Positions 1-13,394 of a stretch of DNA of 13,735 bases are shown piece by piece. Origin of the DNA: Eledone cirrhosa. Taxonomy: Eukaryota. Numbering within the stretch: position 1 is the first letter of the stretch; every line of letters starts with the position of its first letter. The translations under genes and the position numbers were made by a program. Under the pieces are notes generated by a model. That model searched no databases. It had not been told where the DNA came from and saw only the letters and a program-made list of their open reading frames with translations. The stretch covers positions 1 through 13,735 of the forward strand of contig CAXHJY010000904.1 in NCBI GenBank assembly GCA_964016885.1, read 5' to 3'.

Positions 1-345
1 GGCGAATAAAATTTCGTAGCTCTCTGAAATACAAAGGTCGCAGCCCTTGTGTCCTCCGTCGTAAGAGCGCGCTTTCTGGAGTATTTTCCAATTAAGCGTG
101 AAGGGGTGGAGTTCCTTTTGAGGTCCCAAACGTAGGAGGCGAGTGTTGTTTGGTTTGATTTATCCGGTCTTCTGAAGGAGTGGGTATGGCATACCAGCGG
201 GTCTTAAAGGTGTTGGAGGTCATGCCGATGTAAGATTTTTTGCAATCCTCGGTGCCCGAGATGACATCGCATTTGTATACGATGTCGTTTGTGAGGCATT
301 TGTTTTCTAGTGGGCATGTTTCCTTATTTAGGCAATTACATAGAG
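1..345 (-). mobile_element. Penelope-like retroelement fragment: Cys-rich linker plus GIY-YIG endonuclease domain, 5'-truncated at the microsatellite, two -1 frameshifts, runs off the left edge
   Basis: Manual minus-strand translation from 343: [51 protein letters not shown] / (1-nt loss ~189-190) HTHSFRRPDKSNQTTLASYVWDLKRNST / (1-nt loss in G-run 103-106) FTLNWKILQKARSYDGGHKGCDLCISESYEILFA. Shows CxCx5Cx5C, IVY (275-283)...YIG (224-232), the conserved R..H helix and CxLC-x2-E. This matches the C-terminal endonuclease of invertebrate PLEs and, from recall, the Naiad-type clade. Confidence 0.88.
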
Positions 346-384
<39 letters not shown>

Positions 385-823
385 ATATATATATTTATAT
401 ATATATATATGTATGTATATATATATATATTTATATATATATATATATGTATGTATATATATATATATTTATATATATATATATATATGTATGTATATAT
501 ATATATATTTATATATATATATATATATATGTATGTATATATATATATATTTATATATATATATATATATGTATGTATATATATATATATTTATATATAT
601 ATATATATATATGTATGTATATATATATATATTTATATATATATATATATATGTATGTATATATATATATATTTATATATATATATGTATGTATATATAT
701 ATATATTTATATATATATATGTATGTATATATATATATATTTATATATATATATGTATGTATATATATATATATTTATATATATATATGTATGTATATAT
801 ATATATATTTATATATATATATG

Positions 824-864
<41 letters not shown>

Positions 865-1065
865 ATATATATATATTTATATATATATATGTATGTATAT
901 ATATATATATTTATATATATATATGTATGTATATATATATATATTTATATATATATATATATATGTATGTATATATATATATATTTATATATATATATGT
1001 ATGTATATATATATATATATGTATGTATATATATATATATTTATATATATATATATATATGTATG

Positions 1066-1130
<65 letters not shown>

Positions 1131-1143
1131 ATATATAATATAT
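346..1143. repeat. Compound (AT)n micro/minisatellite with higher-order unit GTATG(TA)~7TTT(AT)n, about 30-42 bp
   Basis: Read directly: alternating GTATG and TTT interruptions of an (AT)n tract. The GTATG-to-TTT spacer is mostly (TA)7 and the TTT-to-GTATG spacer varies. Confidence 0.97.
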
Positions 1144-4100
1144 ATAAACGGAAAAAATGAAACGATATTTCATTTCCCACTCTTAGTACGGCTGTTACTT
1201 AAATATAAGTATGTACACGTACATACATATATGTATACCGACGTACAGTAGTATGTATATATATATATACATACATGCACACATATATATATGCACGTAT
1301 GGATTCACCGAACATTTATTATAATGCTCGGTGTGTTTGTAAACAAACATCCCGTATTAAGCCGTAGTGTCTAGCAACCACCGTTGCTCGTTTGTTCAAC
1401 ACTGACAAAGGAACGCTGTACTAGTTTCAAGCTTGTTAGCTATCGTCAGCAACGTATACCTTCCTGCCAGATTGTTGAACGTATATACTTACCTTATGCA
1501 TATTAACGGCTGAGTAGCCCAATATGCATATCGAGTGGGTTAATCGGCCGGGTGCACCGAAAACGATAAACGGAAAAAATGAAACGATATTTCATTTCCC
1601 ACTCTTAGTACGGCTGTTACTTAAATATAAGTATGTACACGTACATACATATATGTATACCGACGTACAGTAGTATGTATATATATATATACATACATGC
1701 ACACATATATATATGCACGTATGGATTCACCGAACATTTATTATAATGCTCGGTGTGTTTGTAAACAAACATCCCGTATTAAGCCGTAGTGTCTAGCAAC
1801 CACCGTTGCTCGTTTGTTCAACACTGACAAAGGAACGCTGTACTAGTTTCAAGCTTGTTAGCTATCGTCAGCAACGTATACCTTCCTGCCAGATTGTTGA
1901 ACGTATATACTTACCTTATGCATATTAACGGCTGAGTAGCCCAATATGCATATCGAGTGGGTTAATCGGCCGGGTGCACCGAAAACGATAAACGGAAAAA
2001 ATGAAACGATATTTCATTTCCCACTCTTAGTACGGCTGTTACTTAAATATAAGTATGTACACGTACATACATATATGTATACCGACGTACAGTAGTATGT
2101 ATATATATATATACATACATGCACACATATATATATGCACGTATGGATTCACCGAACATTTATTATAATGCTCGGTGTGTTTGTAAACAAACATCCCGTA
2201 TTAAGCCGTAGTGTCTAGCAACCACCGTTGCTCGTTTGTTCAACACTGACAAAGGAACGCTGTACTAGTTTCAAGCTTGTTAGCTATCGTCAGCAACGTA
2301 TACCTTCCTGCCAGATTGTTGAACGTATATACTTACCTTATGCATATTAACGGCTGAGTAGCCCAATATGCATATCGAGTGGGTTAATCGGCCGGGTGCA
2401 CCGAAAACGATAAACGGAAAAAATGAAACGATATTTCATTTCCCACTCTTAGTACGGCTGTTACTTAAATATAAGTATGTACACGTACATACATATATGT
2501 ATACCGACGTACAGTAGTATGTATATATATATATACATACATGCACACATATATATATGCACGTATGGATTCACCGAACATTTATTATAATGCTCGGTGT
2601 GTTTGTAAACAAACATCCCGTATTAAGCCGTAGTGTCTAGCAACCACCGTTGCTCGTTTGTTCAACACTGACAAAGGAACGCTGTACTAGTTTCAAGCTT
2701 GTTAGCTATCGTCAGCAACGTATACCTTCCTGCCAGATTGTTGAACGTATATACTTACCTTATGCATATTAACGGCTGAGTAGCCCAATATGCATATCGA
2801 GTGGGTTAATCGGCCGGGTGCACCGAAAACGATAAACGGAAAAAATGAAACGATATTTCATTTCCCACTCTTAGTACGGCTGTTACTTAAATATAAGTAT
2901 GTACACGTACATACATATATGTATACCGACGTACAGTAGTATGTATATATATATATACATACATGCACACATATATATATGCACGTATGGATTCACCGAA
3001 CATTTATTATAATGCTCGGTGTGTTTGTAAACAAACATCCCGTATTAAGCCGTAGTGTCTAGCAACCACCGTTGCTCGTTTGTTCAACACTGACAAAGGA
3101 ACGCTGTACTAGTTTCAAGCTTGTTAGCTATCGTCAGCAACGTATACCTTCCTGCCAGATTGTTGAACGTATATACTTACCTTATGCATATTAACGGCTG
3201 AGTAGCCCAATATGCATATCGAGTGGGTTAATCGGCCGGGTGCACCGAAAACGATAAACGGAAAAAATGAAACGATATTTCATTTCCCACTCTTAGTACG
3301 GCTGTTACTTAAATATAAGTATGTACACGTACATACATATATGTATACCGACGTACAGTAGTATGTATATATATATATACATACATGCACACATATATAT
3401 ATGCACGTATGGATTCACCGAACATTTATTATAATGCTCGGTGTGTTTGTAAACAAACATCCCGTATTAAGCCGTAGTGTCTAGCAACCACCGTTGCTCG
3501 TTTGTTCAACACTGACAAAGGAACGCTGTACTAGTTTCAAGCTTGTTAGCTATCGTCAGCAACGTATACCTTCCTGCCAGATTGTTGAACGTATATACTT
3601 ACCTTATGCATATTAACGGCTGAGTAGCCCAATATGCATATCGAGTGGGTTAATCGGCCGGGTGCACCGAAAACGATAAACGGAAAAAATGAAACGATAT
3701 TTCATTTCCCACTCTTAGTACGGCTGTTACTTAAATATAAGTATGTACACGTACATACATATATGTATACCGACGTACAGTAGTATGTATATATATATAT
3801 ACATACATGCACACATATATATATGCACGTATGGATTCACCGAACATTTATTATAATGCTCGGTGTGTTTGTAAACAAACATCCCGTATTAAGCCGTAGT
3901 GTCTAGCAACCACCGTTGCTCGTTTGTTCAACACTGACAAAGGAACGCTGTACTAGTTTCAAGCTTGTTAGCTATCGTCAGCAACGTATACCTTCCTGCC
4001 AGATTGTTGAACGTATATACTTACCTTATGCATATTAACGGCTGAGTAGCCCAATATGCATATCGAGTGGGTTAATCGGCCGGGTGCACCGAAAACGATA

Positions 4101-6967
4101 AACGGAAAAAATGAAACGATATTTCATTTCCCACTCTTAGTACGGCTGTTACTTAAATATAAGTATGTACACGTACATACATATATGTATACCGACGTAC
4201 AGTAGTATGTATATATATATATACATACATGCACACATATATATATGCACGTATGGATTCACCGAACATTTATTATAATGCTCGGTGTGTTTGTAAACAA
4301 ACATCCCGTATTAAGCCGTAGTGTCTAGCAACCACCGTTGCTCGTTTGTTCAACACTGACAAAGGAACGCTGTACTAGTTTCAAGCTTGTTAGCTATCGT
4401 CAGCAACGTATACCTTCCTGCCAGATTGTTGAACGTATATACTTACCTTATGCATATTAACGGCTGAGTAGCCCAATATGCATATCGAGTGGGTTAATCG
4501 GCCGGGTGCACCGAAAACGATAAACGGAAAAAATGAAACGATATTTCATTTCCCACTCTTAGTACGGCTGTTACTTAAATATAAGTATGTACACGTACAT
4601 ACATATATGTATACCGACGTACAGTAGTATGTATATATATATATACATACATGCACACATATATATATGCACGTATGGATTCACCGAACATTTATTATAA
4701 TGCTCGGTGTGTTTGTAAACAAACATCCCGTATTAAGCCGTAGTGTCTAGCAACCACCGTTGCTCGTTTGTTCAACACTGACAAAGGAACGCTGTACTAG
4801 TTTCAAGCTTGTTAGCTATCGTCAGCAACGTATACCTTCCTGCCAGATTGTTGAACGTATATACTTACCTTATGCATATTAACGGCTGAGTAGCCCAATA
4901 TGCATATCGAGTGGGTTAATCGGCCGGGTGCACCGAAAACGATAAACGGAAAAAATGAAACGATATTTCATTTCCCACTCTTAGTACGGCTGTTACTTAA
5001 ATATAAGTATGTACACGTACATACATATATGTATACCGACGTACAGTAGTATGTATATATATATATACATACATGCACACATATATATATGCACGTATGG
5101 ATTCACCGAACATTTATTATAATGCTCGGTGTGTTTGTAAACAAACATCCCGTATTAAGCCGTAGTGTCTAGCAACCACCGTTGCTCGTTTGTTCAACAC
5201 TGACAAAGGAACGCTGTACTAGTTTCAAGCTTGTTAGCTATCGTCAGCAACGTATACCTTCCTGCCAGATTGTTGAACGTATATACTTACCTTATGCATA
5301 TTAACGGCTGAGTAGCCCAATATGCATATCGAGTGGGTTAATCGGCCGGGTGCACCGAAAACGATAAACGGAAAAAATGAAACGATATTTCATTTCCCAC
5401 TCTTAGTACGGCTGTTACTTAAATATAAGTATGTACACGTACATACATATATGTATACCGACGTACAGTAGTATGTATATATATATATACATACATGCAC
5501 ACATATATATATGCACGTATGGATTCACCGAACATTTATTATAATGCTCGGTGTGTTTGTAAACAAACATCCCGTATTAAGCCGTAGTGTCTAGCAACCA
5601 CCGTTGCTCGTTTGTTCAACACTGACAAAGGAACGCTGTACTAGTTTCAAGCTTGTTAGCTATCGTCAGCAACGTATACCTTCCTGCCAGATTGTTGAAC
5701 GTATATACTTACCTTATGCATATTAACGGCTGAGTAGCCCAATATGCATATCGAGTGGGTTAATCGGCCGGGTGCACCGAAAACGATAAACGGAAAAAAT
5801 GAAACGATATTTCATTTCCCACTCTTAGTACGGCTGTTACTTAAATATAAGTATGTACACGTACATACATATATGTATACCGACGTACAGTAGTATGTAT
5901 ATATATATATATACATACATGCACACATATATATATGCACGTATGGATTCACCGAACATTTATTATAATGCTCGGTGTGTTTGTAAACAAACATCCCGTA
6001 TTAAGCCGTAGTGTCTAGCAACCACCGTTGCTCGTTTGTTCAACACTGACAAAGGAACGCTGTACTAGTTTCAAGCTTGTTAGCTATCGTCAGCAACGTA
6101 TACCTTCCTGCCAGATTGTTGAACGTATATACTTACCTTATGCATATTAACGGCTGAGTAGCCCAATATGCATATCGAGTGGGTTAATCGGCCGGGTGCA
6201 CCGAAAACGATAAACGGAAAAAATGAAACGATATTTCATTTCCCACTCTTAGTACGGCTGTTACTTAAATATAAGTATGTACACGTACATACATATATGT
6301 ATACCGACGTACAGTAGTATGTATATATATATATACATACATGCACACATATATATATGCACGTATGGATTCACCGAACATTTATTATAATGCTCGGTGT
6401 GTTTGTAAACAAACATCCCGTATTAAGCCGTAGTGTCTAGCAACCACCGTTGCTCGTTTGTTCAACACTGACAAAGGAACGCTGTACTAGTTTCAAGCTT
6501 GTTAGCTATCGTCAGCAACGTATACCTTCCTGCCAGATTGTTGAACGTATATACTTACCTTATGCATATTAACGGCTGAGTAGCCCAATATGCATATCGA
6601 GTGGGTTAATCGGCCGGGTGCACCGAAAACGATAAACGGAAAAAATGAAACGATATTTCATTTCCCACTCTTAGTACGGCTGTTACTTAAATATAAGTAT
6701 GTACACGTACATACATATATGTATACCGACGTACAGTAGTATGTATATATATATATACATACATGCACACATATATATATGCACGTATGGATTCACCGAA
6801 CATTTATTATAATGCTCGGTGTGTTTGTAAACAAACATCCCGTATTAAGCCGTAGTGTCTAGCAACCACCGTTGCTCGTTTGTTCAACACTGACAAAGGA
6901 ACGCTGTACTAGTTTCAAGCTTGTTAGCTATCGTCAGCAACGTATACCTTCCTGCCAGATTGTTGAA
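1144..6967 (-). repeat. Tandem array A of a 422-bp hammerhead-containing unit (13 full copies + 336-bp partial); retrozyme-like element, ribozyme sense on the minus strand
   Basis: Unit starts (ATAAACGGAAAAAATG) at 1144, 1566, 1988, 2410, 2832, 3254, 3676, 4098, 4520, 4942, 5364, 5786, 6210, 6632. Period is 422, except copy 12 (424 bp, one extra TA near 5898-5913). No substitutions seen by eye. Confidence 0.97.
1394..1480 (-). ncRNA. Type I hammerhead ribozyme motif (first of 14 minus-strand copies; others start at 1816, 2238, 2660, 3082, 3504, 3926, 4348, 4770, 5192, 5614, 6038, 6460, 6882)
   Basis: Reverse complement reads ACGUUG-CUGACGA-U-AGCU-AACA-AGCU-U-GAAAC-UA-GUA^CAGCGU. Helix I is ACGUUG/CAGCGU and the predicted cleavage falls between 1419 and 1418. 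Confidence 0.85.
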
Positions 6968-9609
6968 TCCATACGTGCATATATATATGTGTGCATATAT
7001 ATATGTGTGCATGTATGTATATATATATATACATACTACTGTACGTCGGTATACATATATGTATGTACGTGTACATACTTATATTTAAGTAACAGCCGTA
7101 CTAAGAGTGGGAAATGAAATATCGTTTCATTTTTTCCGTTTATCGTTTTCGGTGCACCCGGCCGATTAACCCACTCGATATGCATATTGGGCTACTCAGC
7201 CGTTAATATGCATAAGGTAAGTATATACGTTCAACAATCTGGCAGGAAGGTATACGTTGCTGACGATAGCTAACAAGCTTGAAACTAGTACAGCGTTCCT
7301 TTGTCAGTGTTGAACAAACGAGCAACGGTGGTTGCTAGACACTACGGCTTAATACGGGATGTTTGTTTACAAACACACCGAGCATTATAATAAATGTTCG
7401 GTGAATCCATACGTGCATATATATATGTGTGCATGTATGTATATATATATATACATACTACTGTACGTCGGTATACATATATGTATGTACGTGTACATAC
7501 TTATATTTAAGTAACAGCCGTACTAAGAGTGGGAAATGAAATATCGTTTCATTTTTTCCGTTTATCGTTTTCGGTGCACCCGGCCGATTAACCCACTCGA
7601 TATGCATATTGGGCTACTCAGCCGTTAATATGCATAAGGTAAGTATATACGTTCAACAATCTGGCAGGAAGGTATACGTTGCTGACGATAGCTAACAAGC
7701 TTGAAACTAGTACAGCGTTCCTTTGTCAGTGTTGAACAAACGAGCAACGGTGGTTGCTAGACACTACGGCTTAATACGGGATGTTTGTTTACAAACACAC
7801 CGAGCATTATAATAAATGTTCGGTGAATCCATACGTGCATATATATATGTGTGCATGTATGTATATATATATATACATACTACTGTACGTCGGTATACAT
7901 ATATGTATGTACGTGTACATACTTATATTTAAGTAACAGCCGTACTAAGAGTGGGAAATGAAATATCGTTTCATTTTTTCCGTTTATCGTTTTCGGTGCA
8001 CCCGGCCGATTAACCCACTCGATATGCATATTGGGCTACTCAGCCGTTAATATGCATAAGGTAAGTATATACGTTCAACAATCTGGCAGGAAGGTATACG
8101 TTGCTGACGATAGCTAACAAGCTTGAAACTAGTACAGCGTTCCTTTGTCAGTGTTGAACAAACGAGCAACGGTGGTTGCTAGACACTACGGCTTAATACG
8201 GGATGTTTGTTTACAAACACACCGAGCATTATAATAAATGTTCGGTGAATCCATACGTGCATATATATATGTGTGCATGTATGTATATATATATATACAT
8301 ACTACTGTACGTCGGTATACATATATGTATGTACGTGTACATACTTATATTTAAGTAACAGCCGTACTAAGAGTGGGAAATGAAATATCGTTTCATTTTT
8401 TCCGTTTATCGTTTTCGGTGCACCCGGCCGATTAACCCACTCGATATGCATATTGGGCTACTCAGCCGTTAATATGCATAAGGTAAGTATATACGTTCAA
8501 CAATCTGGCAGGAAGGTATACGTTGCTGACGATAGCTAACAAGCTTGAAACTAGTACAGCGTTCCTTTGTCAGTGTTGAACAAACGAGCAACGGTGGTTG
8601 CTAGACACTACGGCTTAATACGGGATGTTTGTTTACAAACACACCGAGCATTATAATAAATGTTCGGTGAATCCATACGTGCATATATATATGTGTGCAT
8701 GTATGTATATATATATATACATACTACTGTACGTCGGTATACATATATGTATGTACGTGTACATACTTATATTTAAGTAACAGCCGTACTAAGAGTGGGA
8801 AATGAAATATCGTTTCATTTTTTCCGTTTATCGTTTTCGGTGCACCCGGCCGATTAACCCACTCGATATGCATATTGGGCTACTCAGCCGTTAATATGCA
8901 TAAGGTAAGTATATACGTTCAACAATCTGGCAGGAAGGTATACGTTGCTGACGATAGCTAACAAGCTTGAAACTAGTACAGCGTTCCTTTGTCAGTGTTG
9001 AACAAACGAGCAACGGTGGTTGCTAGACACTACGGCTTAATACGGGATGTTTGTTTACAAACACACCGAGCATTATAATAAATGTTCGGTGAATCCATAC
9101 GTGCATATATATATGTGTGCATGTATGTATATATATATATACATACTACTGTACGTCGGTATACATATATGTATGTACGTGTACATACTTATATTTAAGT
9201 AACAGCCGTACTAAGAGTGGGAAATGAAATATCGTTTCATTTTTTCCGTTTATCGTTTTCGGTGCACCCGGCCGATTAACCCACTCGATATGCATATTGG
9301 GCTACTCAGCCGTTAATATGCATAAGGTAAGTATATACGTTCAACAATCTGGCAGGAAGGTATACGTTGCTGACGATAGCTAACAAGCTTGAAACTAGTA
9401 CAGCGTTCCTTTGTCAGTGTTGAACAAACGAGCAACGGTGGTTGCTAGACACTACGGCTTAATACGGGATGTTTGTTTACAAACACACCGAGCATTATAA
9501 TAAATGTTCGGTGAATCCATACGTGCATATATATATGTGTGCATGTATGTATATATATATATACATACTACTGTACGTCGGTATACATATATGTATGTAC
9601 GTGTACATA

Positions 9610-9616
<7 letters not shown>
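6964..9616 (+). repeat. Tandem array B: reverse complement of the same 422-bp unit (6 full copies + 105-bp partial); ribozyme sense on the plus strand
   Basis: Marker TGAATCC at 6964, 7402, 7824, 8246, 8668, 9090, 9512. Period is 422; the first interval is 438 because of a 16-bp duplication at 6975-7006. The array ends at ...GTACATACTTATAT (9616). Confidence 0.97.
7229..7315 (+). ncRNA. Type I hammerhead ribozyme motif (first of 6 plus-strand copies; others start at 7651, 8073, 8495, 8917, 9339)
   Basis: Helix I 5' ACGTTG 7254-7259; core CTGACGA 7260-7266; helix II T-AGCT-AACA-AGCT-T 7267-7280; GAAAC 7281-7285; TA; cleavage triplet GTA 7288-7290; helix I 3' CAGCGT 7291-7296. Helix I extends through AAGG/CCTT, CTGGCA/TGTCAG and GTTCAACA/TGTTGAAC. 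Confidence 0.85.
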
Positions 9617-9692
<76 letters not shown>

Positions 9693-9771
9693 ATACATAT
9701 ATATTTATATATATATATATATATGTATGTATATATATATATATATTGATATATATATATATATATGTATG

Positions 9772-9822
<51 letters not shown>

Positions 9823-9897
9823 ATATATATGTATGTATATATATATATATTTATATATATATATATATATGTATGTATATATATTTATATAAATATA
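9617..9897. repeat. Compound (AT)n block, near-copy of the block starting at 10039
   Basis: Shares rare interruptions with the downstream block: TATACATA (C9696 vs C10124) and TATTGATA (G9748 vs G10176). Confidence 0.9.
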
Positions 9898-10038
9898 TTT
9901 ACAAACACACCGAGCATTATAATAAATGTTCGGTGAATCCATACGTGCATATATATATGTGTGCATGTATGTATATATATATATACATACTACTGTACGT
10001 CGGTATACATATATGTATGTACGTGTACATACTTATAT
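9898..10038 (+). repeat. Isolated 141-bp partial copy of the 422-bp unit, without the ribozyme
   Basis: TTTACAAACACACCGAG...GTACATACTTATAT matches 9476-9616. TGAATCC at 9934 is exactly 422 bp after 9512. Confidence 0.95.

Positions 10039-13394
<3,356 letters not shown>

Noticed and set aside
240-1251. Long ORFs (241-313 aa) of YI repeats
   Set aside because: These are translations of (AT)n, which lacks stop codons. The real coding signal at 1-345 is on the opposite strand.
1400-1565. Second hammerhead on the opposite strand (CTGACAA at 1402, CTGAGTA at 1510)
   Set aside because: Neither matches CUGANGA, and no consistent helix I/III with a properly placed GAAA and NUH could be built.
5812-7117. 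60-aa and 81-aa ORFs within the repeat (5812-5994 minus; 6872-7117 plus)
   Set aside because: They exist only because of the 2-bp slippage in copy 12 and the inversion junction. They are absent from standard units and show no recognisable domain.
7229-7240. Pol III B-box-like GTTCAAC in the unit
   Set aside because: It does not fit GWTCRANNC, no matching A-box is evident, and the sequence is explained by helix I pairing.
1144-9616. CRISPR array, rDNA/5S, tRNA or snRNA tandem cluster
   Set aside because: There are no variable spacers, and I recognise no rRNA, tRNA cloverleaf or snRNA sequence in the unit.
1144-9616. Foldback-type DNA transposon with modular terminal inverted repeats
   Set aside because: The two outer ends are at different unit phases, there is no internal spacer or identifiable target-site duplication, and the ribozyme points to an RNA intermediate.
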